The notes under the pieces are model-generated. The model was given only the letters and a program-made list of their open reading frames with translations. It was not told the DNA's origin and ran no database searches. A program made the position numbers and the translations under genes. This document shows positions 1 through 8,194 of a DNA stretch of 64,000 nucleotides, in pieces. The stretch spans positions 19,549 through 83,548 of the forward strand of contig CANRAV010000007.1 in assembly GCA_947628695.1 (NCBI GenBank). The letters run 5' to 3'. The first letter of the stretch is position 1. Each line of letters opens with the position of its first letter. This stretch comes from an uncultured Clostridia bacterium (GTDB lineage Bacteria; Bacillota; Clostridia; Oscillospirales; CAG-382).

Positions 1-2
1 TG

Positions 3-590
3 GCGAGAGCCAACAACATGCTCAGCGGCTCCGGCCTCGGTGACGATGTCATAACGGCAAACGGCGCCGCCCGCAGGATAGACGGGCTTATAATGATGCC
101 GCTTTCAACGCTCGGCACGGCACTTTCCACCTTTGTAAGCCAAAACCTCGGCGCCGGCCTTATCGACCGCATACGGAAGGCAATCCGCAGCGCGCTGGGC
201 ATAGGCTGCGTCTGGGCGGCTATGGGTGTGTGCGTTATCTACGCCTTCGGCGGTGCGCTTGTACGCCTGATAACCGACACCGACAGTGCCGACACGGTGA
301 AGTACGCCGTCCTGTACATGCGCATAAATGCGCCGTTCCTGTTCATGCTGCTGCTTCTTTTGGTGTTCCGCAGCGTGCTGCAGGGGCTTGGCAAAAAGGC
401 CGTTCCGATGGCAACGGCGGCGGCAGAGCTCGTTTTAAAGTTCTTCGCGGCTTCCGTCCTCGTCCCCGCCTTCGGCTTTGTCGGCATCTGCGTTGCAGAG
501 CCTATAATCTGGACTTTAACCGCAGCAGCTGTTGCAGTGGTTTACATAATTAACATAAAAAAGCTTTCGAAAAACAGTATAAAGGTATAG
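3..590 (+). CDS. MATE family efflux transporter, C-terminal part (5' end outside window)
   Basis: The frame is open from the window edge. The sequence is hydrophobic and multi-TM with MATE-like segments (VSQNLGAG, FRSVLQGLGKK). Confidence 0.7.
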   Translation, partial: ARANNMLSGSGLGDDVITANGAARRIDGLIMMPLSTLGTALSTFVSQNLGAGLIDRIRKAIRSALGIGCVWAAMGVCVIYAFGGALVRLITDTDSADTVKYAVLYMRINAPFLFMLLLLLVFRSVLQGLGKKAVPMATAAAELVLKFFAASVLVPAFGFVGICVAEPIIWTLTAAAVAVVYIINIKKLSKNSIKV

Positions 591-602
591 GAGGAAAAAA
601 GC

Positions 603-2297
603 ATGAAAATTAAGGACATTCCGTACAGGCACGTCGATTTTGACAAGGTCAGCGCCGAGCTTAAGGAGATAATAGCCGGCGTAAAGGGCGCGAAAAGCGC
701 AGACGAGGTTCTTGAATGGCGCAGCAAATACCTTTCCTTGATAAGGGACGTAACCACGCAGAGCGCGCTTTCCTACATACGCTATTCCTGCAACACCGCC
801 GATGAGTTTTACCTTAAGGAAAAGGACTATTACGACGAGATAGAACCGCCGCTTTTAGTGCTGGAAAACGAATACGGCAGTGCGCTTTTGGTATCCCCCT
901 TCAGGGCGGAGCTTGAAAAGCGCTTAAACCCGCTTCTCTTCCGCTATCTGGAGGTAAGGGCAGCCGCCTCCGACCCGAAGATAGTTGACGACATGGTGGA
1001 GGAAAACAAGATAGTTTCGGAATACTCAAAGCTTATGGCGGACATGGAGTTTGAGTTTCGCGGTGAAAAGATGAGCCGTGCCGCGCTTGCGGGCTACTTC
1101 AAAAGCGATGACAGGCAGACGCGTAAGGAAGCCTACGAGGTGATGGGGAACGAGCTCAACCGCCACAAGGAAGCGCTTGACGGTATATTCGACCGGCTTG
1201 TCAAGGTGCGCACCCGCATGGCGCGGAAGCTTGGCTACGAGAACTTCGTGGAGCTTGGCTACAACCGCATGGAGCGCGTAAGCTACGGAAAGAAGGAGGT
1301 CGAGGCCTTCCGCAAGAACGTTAAGGAGTACATCGTCCCCGTCGTAGCAAAGCTGCGCACCGAAAACGCCGCAGAGCTTGGCATAGACCGCTACATGCTT
1401 TACGACGATGGCGTTATAATAAAGGGCGGCGACCCGCGTCCCCTTGGCGGGAAGGCGGAGATCTTCGCCGCTGCAAGGCAGATGTACCACGAAATGGGCA
1501 AGGAAACCGGCGACTTCATCGACCTGATGCTTGAAAACGACGCCTTCGATGTAGACGCGCGCAAAAACAAATGGGGCGGCGGCTACTGCTCTGACCTGCC
1601 GCTTTACAAGCAGCCCTTCATACTCGCCAACTTCAACGGCACCGCGGGCGACGTGGACGTCGTCACGCACGAGGCAGGGCACGCGCTTAACGCCTACCTT
1701 ACGGCGGACAACGCGCATTCTCTTGAGATAGGCTGCGGCGGCATGGAGACGGCGGAGACGCACTCCATGAGCATGGAGTTTTTCGCCTGGAAGTACATAG
1801 ACAAGTTCTTCGGTGAAAACGCCGACAAGTACAGGTACATGCACGGGCTTGACGCGCTTTCCTTCATCCCCTACGGCACTATTGTCGACTACTTCCAGCA
1901 CAAGGTGTACGAAAACCCGGATATGACGCCTGCCGAACGGTGCGAGACCTGGAAGGCGCTTGAGGCGGAGTACCGCCCCTATATCTCCACGGAGGGCATA
2001 CCCTTCCTTGAAGAGGGAAGACGCTGGCAGTACCAGATGCACATTTACGAGTCGCCGTTTTACTACATAGACTACTGCCTTGCGCAGACTGCCGCCTTCG
2101 GGTTCCTGCTTGCCTCCCTTGAGGACTACGACGACGCCTTTGCAAAGTATATAAGGCTTTCAAAACAGGGTGGCGAGCGCGAGTACGAAGCCCTGCTTAC
2201 CGAGGCCGGCATCGCCTCGCCGTTTAAAGACGGTGCCTTGAAGGAGCTTGCGGAGAGGGTGTCTGCCAAGCTTGCCGAGATTAAGGCAAGGATATAG
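603..2297 (+). CDS. M3 family oligoendopeptidase (PepF-like zinc metallopeptidase)
   Basis: 564-aa ORF with an AGGAGG RBS just upstream. It has an HEAGH (HExxH) zinc motif, and its size and sequence are typical of M3B peptidases. Confidence 0.85.
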   Translation: MKIKDIPYRHVDFDKVSAELKEIIAGVKGAKSADEVLEWRSKYLSLIRDVTTQSALSYIRYSCNTADEFYLKEKDYYDEIEPPLLVLENEYGSALLVSPFRAELEKRLNPLLFRYLEVRAAASDPKIVDDMVEENKIVSEYSKLMADMEFEFRGEKMSRAALAGYFKSDDRQTRKEAYEVMGNELNRHKEALDGIFDRLVKVRTRMARKLGYENFVELGYNRMERVSYGKKEVEAFRKNVKEYIVPVVAKLRTENAAELGIDRYMLYDDGVIIKGGDPRPLGGKAEIFAAARQMYHEMGKETGDFIDLMLENDAFDVDARKNKWGGGYCSDLPLYKQPFILANFNGTAGDVDVVTHEAGHALNAYLTADNAHSLEIGCGGMETAETHSMSMEFFAWKYIDKFFGENADKYRYMHGLDALSFIPYGTIVDYFQHKVYENPDMTPAERCETWKALEAEYRPYISTEGIPFLEEGRRWQYQMHIYESPFYYIDYCLAQTAAFGFLLASLEDYDDAFAKYIRLSKQGGEREYEALLTEAGIASPFKDGALKELAERVSAKLAEIKARI

Positions 2298-2317
2298 CCG
2301 GTTTTATTTATTTTTAT

Positions 2318-2349
2318 GGCCGAGCTCACGCTCGGCCTTGTTTTTTTTT
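2318..2349 (+). terminator. Rho-independent terminator after the M3 peptidase gene
   Basis: GGCCGAGC-TCAC-GCTCGGCC hairpin followed by TTGTTTTTTTTT. Confidence 0.85.
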
Positions 2350-2556
2350 ACGGAGGGACTCGGTCCCTCCGTGGCTCTCTAAATAAGGCTTATAGGACAA
2401 CATAGCTTTTTAGAGCCAAAGGGTTGGCACCCTTTGGAATCCCGAGCCGCCAACGCAGGCCGCGCCGCAGAGAGGTTTAGGTTTGTCGCACGTATGGAGC
2501 GTGGGATAAACATAAAAATTGCCGCGCAAGTTCTGCTTGCACGGCGGTTTTTAATA

Positions 2557-2584
2557 TTGACAAAATTCGCTAAAAGCGTATAAT
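2557..2584 (+). promoter_or_regulatory. Sigma-A type promoter for the small toxin mRNA
   Basis: TTGACA (2557-2562), a 16-nt spacer, then TATAAT (2579-2584). Confidence 0.6.
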
Positions 2585-2662
2585 ATTTTCGAAGGGCGTT
2601 ATAGCCATAACGGTAGGCGGTTGGCTCCTCCTTTCTCGCTCTCTAAGCGAGGGGAAGGAGGG

Positions 2663-2767
2663 ATGCCGATGTTTTTTGATTCATTTGAATCGATCTTCGT
2701 GTTTATTAGCACGATATGCGACCTTATACAATTGGTTGTTACGATCGTAAAAATGCGCAAAAAATGA
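2663..2767 (+). CDS. 34-aa hydrophobic peptide, candidate type I toxin (MPMFFDSFESIFVFISTICDLIQLVVTIVKMRKK)
   Basis: - It is not in the ORF track because it is under 60 aa.
- A GGAGG SD lies at 2657-2661, and an upstream CCUCC (2627-2631) can pair with it in a hairpin.
- The peptide has a single TM-like core and a KMRKK tail.
- The 5' end of the mRNA (2591-2628) is complementary to its 3' end (2829-2858).
- A convergent antisense transcription unit overlaps the stop codon and 3' UTR. Confidence 0.55.
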   Translation: MPMFFDSFESIFVFISTICDLIQLVVTIVKMRKK

Positions 2768-2861
2768 CCGCCACTGGTTTCAGGCAGTGACGGTCGCCTG
2801 CTCTTTTGAGTAGGTAAAGTTACCAGATGGAGCCAACCGCTTATCGGCAACGCCCTTCACT
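2759..2861 (-). ncRNA. Candidate ~100-nt antisense antitoxin RNA overlapping the toxin stop codon and 3' UTR
   Basis: A consensus minus-strand promoter lies just upstream. A minus-strand hairpin CCGTCACTG-CCTGAAAC-CAGTGGCGG (2768-2793) is followed by TCATTTTTT. Confidence 0.5.
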
Positions 2862-2867
2862 GTTTGT

Positions 2868-2896
2868 ATTATATACCCGTCCGCGCAATTTGTCAA
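2868..2896 (-). promoter_or_regulatory. Consensus sigma-A promoter on the minus strand (drives the antisense RNA)
   Basis: The minus strand reads TTGACA (2896-2891), a 17-nt spacer, then TATAAT (2873-2868). Confidence 0.65.
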
Positions 2897-3009
2897 GCTT
2901 TTTAACAAAAATTCCCCGCCCAAAAACGCGAGCGAACGGGAATCTACAATAACCGCGGATAATTGAGAAAGCCGCGCTTTCTCAATTATCAACCTATCAG
3001 CCCATTCGG

Positions 3010-3400
3010 AGTCCCCGAAAAATCGTAAGATTTTTTGGGGAAACAAATCGGGGTCCCCGAAAAGCCGTAAGGCTTTTTGGGGAAAAAACATCTTCCCGCC
3101 GGGCCGTGGCCCGTGAACGAAACCCTGCTCTCAAGCAAGGGTGGTGACCTCTCCCGATCTTTGTGCTCCCAACGTCCGCAGCGTGCGGTGACAAAAGCAG
3201 CGCACGCGCGGGAGGTCTGCATTCCCGCACCGGGAATACGGTCTCCGCTTCGTAAATGTGGGTTTTTACACAGGACAACACGCACCAAGCAGGAAAACCT
3301 CAGGTCGGTGAAAAAGGCGCCGAACGCGAAAAAACAAATTTAGAATTCTAAGGAAGTTACCGTCGGCTTACACCTCCGCTAACTACTTATTTAATTAATT
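3010..3400 (+). ncRNA. Candidate structured non-coding RNA of unknown family
   Basis: The stretch is ~390 nt with no convincing ORF. It has many local helices, some needing G-U pairs on the plus strand only (e.g. GGAGGUC ... GGUCUCC enclosing ATTCCCG-CAC-CGGGAAT at about 3210-3250). The boundaries are uncertain. Confidence 0.3.
3013..3082 (+). repeat. Two tandem 28-nt hairpins with GUAA loops and compensatory stem changes
   Basis: The hairpins are CCCCGAAAAATC-GTAA-GATTTTTTGGGG (3013-3040) and CCCCGAAAAGCC-GTAA-GGCTTTTTGGGG (3055-3082). The AT/AT to GC/GC change in the stem is compensated. Both hairpins have a G-U pair only if the plus strand is the RNA strand. Confidence 0.7.
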
Positions 3401-3565
3401 TTTTTCGCTCGTGACGAACAAAAGCCTTGCAGTACTAAGTACAGCCGGCGGCTTTTGTTCGCCCCGTCTGCATCCTTTTTCTCTCGACCTGTCAGCCGGT
3501 GAAAAAGGCGCCGTCTGCTCCTGTTTCACTCAGCCTGTTTATAATATATGCGAAGAAAGCGGCGT

Positions 3566-3922
3566 TTATTCGTCGTCCTCGCTGTCTTCGTCGTCGTCAC
3601 CCTCAAGCTCGTCAAGGTCCAAGTCGCCGAAGACCTCGTCCTCAAAGGCCGCCGCAACGTCCTCGAACTCGTCGTCATCGTCAATGGTGACGTAGACGTT
3701 CTCGCCGTTCTCGTCGCGCTCCTTCTTGAGAATCACATACTCGCACTCGTCGCTGTCGATAGGCATAAAAGCCATGTACTCAAAACCGCCGATCTCCAGC
3801 CTGCCGATGATCTCGAAAGGGCTTTCCTTCCCGTCCTCGTCGATAAGGAAGCAGGTCTCCCCGTCAAGCTCTTCAAAGTTTTCAGCCATATTGTCTGCCA
3901 TTTGAAACCGCACGGCCGGCAA
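3566..3922 (-). CDS. DUF1292-like small acidic protein
   Basis: The core FLIDEDGKE...FEIIGRLEIGGFEYMAFMP...YVILK and the long D/E tail are typical of DUF1292. The start codon is uncertain (TTG at 3922 or ATG at 3901). Confidence 0.7.
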   Translation of the reverse strand: MPAVRFQMADNMAENFEELDGETCFLIDEDGKESPFEIIGRLEIGGFEYMAFMPIDSDECEYVILKKERDENGENVYVTIDDDDEFEDVAAAFEDEVFGDLDLDELEGDDDEDSEDDE

Positions 3923-4136
3923 AGCGTGCCGTGCCCTCCCTTCGTTGGTCTACAAGTCAATTGTAGCAAACAGACGGCGGAATGTCAATAGCTTTTTCTC
4001 CATTTTAATGCGGCAGGAAGCTTCTTTTGTCGCGTAAATCCGACACCTGCGTGCTTTTTGCCAAAAACAAACGTTCGCGTTGCGTTAAAAGCAACAAAAA
4101 AAGGCAAATTTTTTTGTTAAAAATATGCAAAACCCC

Positions 4137-4165
4137 TTGAAAAACTTATGCAAAACGATTATAAT
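4137..4165 (+). promoter_or_regulatory. Sigma-A promoter upstream of the PucR-like regulator
   Basis: TTGAAA (4137-4142), a 17-nt spacer, then TATAAT (4160-4165). Confidence 0.55.
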
Positions 4166-4239
4166 GGTAAAAGTTAAGTTATGTTTAATGTGCAAAATGA
4201 TATGTGCAAATTGAATAGCAATGGATGGATGATTTTTTT

Positions 4240-5328
4240 ATGAAACTTTTTCAAAGCATAATTCACCAAATGAAGGACTCGGTAGACCGCGTTATAGGCG
4301 TAATTGACGACGGCGGTACTATCATCGCGTGCAGCCAGCTTACCAAGATTGGCGAGTCGCACAAGGCCGCGCTGGAGGAGATTGCGTACTCCTTTGACAG
4401 CGTCGTTTACGACGGGTACACCTACAAGCCCATAGGCACCCACTCTCATATAGAGTACATCGCTTTTGCGGAGGGGACGGATAAGGCGGCGTTCAGCACC
4501 GTGTCTCTTGTAGCCATAGCGCTTGCCAACATCAAGACTCTTTATGACGAGAAGTATGACAAGACAAGCTTTATTAAAAAAATCATACAGGACAATATAC
4601 TGCCCGGCGATATCTATATAAAAAGCAAGGAGCTTCGCTTTGACAACGACATAAACCGTGTCGTTTTCCTCGTTCACTTTATCAACAGGGGAGAGGCTGT
4701 TCCCTTCGACATCATACAAAACATGTTTCCCGACAAGAACAAGGACTATGTGCTCAGCGTCGGGGAAAGTGACATTGTCCTTGTGAAGGAGCTTAAGAAC
4801 ACCCCGGCTGCAAGGATAAGTGAGGTGTCGGAGGGCATTGCGAAAAGCATTGTCGACACCGCGCAGACGGAGTTTTTGACAAGTGTTGTAGTTGGCATAG
4901 GCACCGTTGTTTCCAACATAAAGGACCTTGCGCGCTCTTACAAGGACGCGCAGATTGCGATAAGCGTCGGCAGCATTTTCGAGCCGGAGAAGACCACGGT
5001 AAATTACGAAAGCTTAGGCATAGGCAGGCTTATATATCAGCTTCCCGCAACGCTTTGCGAGATGTTCCTGCAGGAGGTGTTCAAGCGCGGCTCGCTTGAG
5101 GCGCTTGACAGGGAGACACTTGTGACCATACAGGCCTTCTTTGACAACAACCTTAACGTTTCCGAGACGTCAAGGAAGCTGTTTGTTCACAGGAACACGC
5201 TTGTTTACAGGCTTGAAAAGATAAAGAAGCTCACCGGGCTTGACCTTAGGGAGTTTGAGCACGCCATAACCTTTAAGGTGGCGCTTATGGTTCAGAAGTA
5301 TGTACAGTCGAGGCCGCAAAGCTATTGA
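4240..5328 (+). CDS. PucR/CdaR family transcriptional regulator
   Basis: The C-terminal HTH (SETSRKLFVHRNTLVYRLEKIKKLTGLDL) is typical of PucR C-terminal domains. I prefer the ATG at 4240 over the ORF-track start at 4225. Confidence 0.75.
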   Translation: MKLFQSIIHQMKDSVDRVIGVIDDGGTIIACSQLTKIGESHKAALEEIAYSFDSVVYDGYTYKPIGTHSHIEYIAFAEGTDKAAFSTVSLVAIALANIKTLYDEKYDKTSFIKKIIQDNILPGDIYIKSKELRFDNDINRVVFLVHFINRGEAVPFDIIQNMFPDKNKDYVLSVGESDIVLVKELKNTPAARISEVSEGIAKSIVDTAQTEFLTSVVVGIGTVVSNIKDLARSYKDAQIAISVGSIFEPEKTTVNYESLGIGRLIYQLPATLCEMFLQEVFKRGSLEALDRETLVTIQAFFDNNLNVSETSRKLFVHRNTLVYRLEKIKKLTGLDLREFEHAITFKVALMVQKYVQSRPQSY

Positions 5329-5356
5329 CGGCACCTCTCGGCGAAGGGAATTGTAA

Positions 5357-6040
5357 ATGATAGAATTTCAGGATGTTTCAATGGTTTATCCCAACGGCAC
5401 CGCTGCCTTGAGCGGGATAAATCTGAAAATAGAGGACGGCGAGTTTGTCTTTATAGTGGGCAAATCCGGCGCCGGCAAGACGACGCTTACAAAGCTGCTT
5501 CTGCGTGAGGAGAAGGTCACCGACGGCAAGCTTCGGGTGGACGATTTCCGTCTGGAGAAGATGCCGAAGAGGAAGATACCGCACCTGCGCCGCACTATGG
5601 GCGTCGTTTTTCAGGATTTCCGGCTTTTTCCGAACAAAACGGTTTACGAGAACGTTGCGTTTGCAATGCGCGTCATAGGGGAGAAGAGCTCTGTTATAAA
5701 GCAGCGCGTGCCGTACTTTTTGAACCTTGTCGAGCTTACCGACAAGGCCGGCAGCTTCCCTACGGAGCTTTCCGGTGGGGAGCAGCAGCGCGTTGCCTTT
5801 GCCCGCGCGATAGCCAACAACCCGAAGATGGTCATCGCGGACGAGCCGACCGGCAACGTAGACCCGGAGATGAGCAGGGACCTTATGGACCTGCTTATAC
5901 GAATAAACAAGCTTGGCAAAACGGTTATAGTGATAACGCACGACCACTATCTTGTGGAGCAGTTCAAAAAGCGCACCGTGACCCTTGACGAGGGGCGCAT
6001 AGTGGGCGACAGGAACGGAGGTGTGGCTGTTGAAGCTTAG
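5357..6040 (+). CDS. ftsE: Cell division ATP-binding protein FtsE
   Basis: It has Walker A GKSGAGKTT, ABC signature LSGGEQQR and Walker B MVIADEP. ftsX follows with an overlap. Confidence 0.9.
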   Translation: MIEFQDVSMVYPNGTAALSGINLKIEDGEFVFIVGKSGAGKTTLTKLLLREEKVTDGKLRVDDFRLEKMPKRKIPHLRRTMGVVFQDFRLFPNKTVYENVAFAMRVIGEKSSVIKQRVPYFLNLVELTDKAGSFPTELSGGEQQRVAFARAIANNPKMVIADEPTGNVDPEMSRDLMDLLIRINKLGKTVIVITHDHYLVEQFKKRTVTLDEGRIVGDRNGGVAVEA

Positions 6041-6944
6041 GAACATACCGCACCTTTTGGGTCAGGGCTTTGTAAGCTTCTGGCGCAACGGCGTTATGAC
6101 AACGGCGGCGATACTTGTGCTTATCTGCTGCATGCTGGTTCTCGGCTCGTTTTACGCCGTTGTAGACAACCTCGGCGCCTTTATAGACAACGAGATAGAC
6201 TCGCTTAAGACCGTAAGCGCCTATGTCGACGCTTCCGCAAGCAGCGAGGACGTGGAGGGCATAGAGGCACAGCTTAAAGCTCTCGCCGCGGAGGAAGGCT
6301 CCAACGTCATAAGCTTCGAGCACGTCACGAAGGACGAGGTGCTTAAGCAGATGATGGAAAGCAGTGACGAGCTGCGCGAGGTGCTTGAAAAGTACACCTC
6401 GGAGAACAACCCCCTACCCGAGACCTTCTATATAAAGTTTGAAAGCTTTGACGGGGTTCAAACGCTCCTTCGCAACTTAGAGGGCATCTTCGGCGCCGGC
6501 AACATAAAAAGCCAGGTTGTCACCTACGAAAGCCTTAAGGATTTGCGGTCTACGGCCGCGATGGTCGGCCTTTGGCTTATGGTGATACTGCTTATAGTGG
6601 CGGTGCTTGTGATAATGAACACGGTGAAGCTTACCGTTTACGCACGCCGCAAGGAGATTGCCATAATGCGCTACATCGGCGCGACAAGTGTCTTCGTCGT
6701 CGCCCCCTTTATCGTGGAGGGCGTCCTTATAGGCCTTGTCGCAACGGTTATATCCTGCGGGCTGCAGTTTTTGCTTTACAACAACGTTATAACCGACCTT
6801 ATAAACGACTATGCGGCGCTTAAGATAAACCTTGTGCCCGCAATGGACTACGTCCCCTTGATACCGCTGGCGTTTCTCGCCATAGGGCTTTTTGCGGGCG
6901 TTGTGGCAAGTGCCATTTCCGTAAAGAAGCATTTGGACGTTTAG
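6030..6944 (+). CDS. ftsX: Cell division permease-like protein FtsX
   Basis: It has the FtsX topology (N-terminal TM, extracellular domain, three C-terminal TMs). It overlaps the ftsE stop. TTG at 6030 sits 9 nt after GGAGG; the ORF track starts at GTG 6021. Confidence 0.85.
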   Translation: MKLRNIPHLLGQGFVSFWRNGVMTTAAILVLICCMLVLGSFYAVVDNLGAFIDNEIDSLKTVSAYVDASASSEDVEGIEAQLKALAAEEGSNVISFEHVTKDEVLKQMMESSDELREVLEKYTSENNPLPETFYIKFESFDGVQTLLRNLEGIFGAGNIKSQVVTYESLKDLRSTAAMVGLWLMVILLIVAVLVIMNTVKLTVYARRKEIAIMRYIGATSVFVVAPFIVEGVLIGLVATVISCGLQFLLYNNVITDLINDYAALKINLVPAMDYVPLIPLAFLAIGLFAGVVASAISVKKHLDV

Positions 6945-6964
6945 GAAGCCTTTGGAGGCATTGT

Positions 6965-8173
6965 ATGTTTAAAAAGCTTGCGCTTTTTGCGCTTTGCGTC
7001 TGCCTGTGTGTGCCGGCCTTCTGCGGGCTGCGGCAAGGCGCCGATATGAACGTTGCGGCAGACACCACCATAAACGAGGACAGGCAGCACCTTGCGGATT
7101 TGCAGAACAGGCTTAACAGCCTTAAAAGCAACCGTGCGGAGCTGGAAAAGCAGAGGGAGGAGGCAAATGCCGCCGCCCAGACCCTGCTGCAGGAAAAAAC
7201 TCAGCTTGAAAAGGAATACACCGTAATATCACAGCAGGTTTCCACAATTTCCGAGATAATAACAAGCTATAATACCATAATAGAAGAGACCGAGAAGGAA
7301 GGGGCCGAGATGGAGAAGACCCTTGACAAGCAGCTTGACGATTTCGGCACCGTGCTTGTGGAGCTGTACAAGAACGGCGACGACAGCAAGCTTGAAATCT
7401 TCCTCCGGTCGGACAGCTACTATGCCTACATCTCCTACGTCGAGTATATGGAGCAGATACTTAAAAGCAGCGACACGATGATAGAGGACATAAAGCAGAC
7501 CATAGAGGGCATAGACAAGCGCAAGCAGGAGCACGAGGACGCCAAGGTCAAGCTTGAGGAAAAGAACGAAGAGCTTGAGGAGGCGAAGAAGGAGCTTGCC
7601 GCCAAGGACAAAGAGCTTGACAAAAAGCTTGGCGAACAGCGCGACAAGATAGAGCTTAGCGAAAAGGAGAGGGAGCAGGCAAAGCAGGACGAGGATCAGG
7701 TGCTTAAGGACATTGCAGAGCTTCAGCAGCAGATAAAGGATAAGCTTGCGGCGACCTACTCCGGCGCGTTCTCCTGGCCGTTTGCTTCCAATGTGGCTTA
7801 CAGCATAACATCCCGCTTCGGCAACAGGACGGACGGTCCCTTTGTCGACTTCGAGCATCACAACGGCATCGACCTTGCCTGCGCAAGGGGCACCGCGATA
7901 CGCGCGGTGGACAGCGGCATTGTCACCTATGCGGGGTACAGGGGCTCGTTCGGCAACGTCGTGTTTGTAGAGCATGACGGCGGCATCACCACCATCTACG
8001 CACACTGTGACAGCGTGCTTGTCACATCCGGCACAAGGGTTATGAAGGATCAGGTAATTGCAAGGGTAGGGGCAACCGGGCAGGCCTCCGGGTATCACCT
8101 GCATTTCGCTGTTCAAAAGGGCGGTGCCTATGTCAATCCGGAGCAGTACCTTCCCTCCTACTATCTGCAGTAA
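6965..8173 (+). CDS. M23 family metallopeptidase with long coiled coil (EnvC-like)
   Basis: It has a signal peptide, a ~230-aa coiled coil and a C-terminal LytM domain (HNGIDLA ... GYHLHFAV). Synteny with ftsEX supports the call. Confidence 0.85.
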   Translation: MFKKLALFALCVCLCVPAFCGLRQGADMNVAADTTINEDRQHLADLQNRLNSLKSNRAELEKQREEANAAAQTLLQEKTQLEKEYTVISQQVSTISEIITSYNTIIEETEKEGAEMEKTLDKQLDDFGTVLVELYKNGDDSKLEIFLRSDSYYAYISYVEYMEQILKSSDTMIEDIKQTIEGIDKRKQEHEDAKVKLEEKNEELEEAKKELAAKDKELDKKLGEQRDKIELSEKEREQAKQDEDQVLKDIAELQQQIKDKLAATYSGAFSWPFASNVAYSITSRFGNRTDGPFVDFEHHNGIDLACARGTAIRAVDSGIVTYAGYRGSFGNVVFVEHDGGITTIYAHCDSVLVTSGTRVMKDQVIARVGATGQASGYHLHFAVQKGGAYVNPEQYLPSYYLQ

Positions 8174-8194
8174 AGACGGCACGGGGTTTTACCG

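Noticed and set aside
1026-2042. Long antisense ORFs opposite real genes. Examples are 1026-2042, 5378-6046, 7229-8182, 12751-13662, 19989-21164, 21737-22786, 25170-26228, 41049-42002, 42591-44045 and 44211-45305, all on the minus strand.
   Set aside because: They lie entirely inside well-supported genes on the other strand and have R/H/V/L-rich low-complexity translations with no RBS. They are the expected shadow ORFs of GC-rich or repeat-rich coding sequence.
3013-3082. The tandem repeated hairpins as a possible mini-CRISPR array.
   Set aside because: There are only two copies, separated by 14 nt, with no spacer-sized unique segments and no cas genes. They fit an RNA structural element better.
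3090-3400. Tried to assign the structured region to tmRNA, RNase P RNA, SRP RNA, a T-box or a cobalamin riboswitch.
   Set aside because: I could not find the signature motifs:
- no GGAAAGUCC P4 strand for RNase P
- no tRNA-like UCCACCA end or tag ORF ending in hydrophobic residues for tmRNA
- no GUCAGGUCCGGAAGGAAGCAGC for SRP
- only a partial GGGTGGTGACC resemblance to the T-box sequence, with no downstream plus-strand gene
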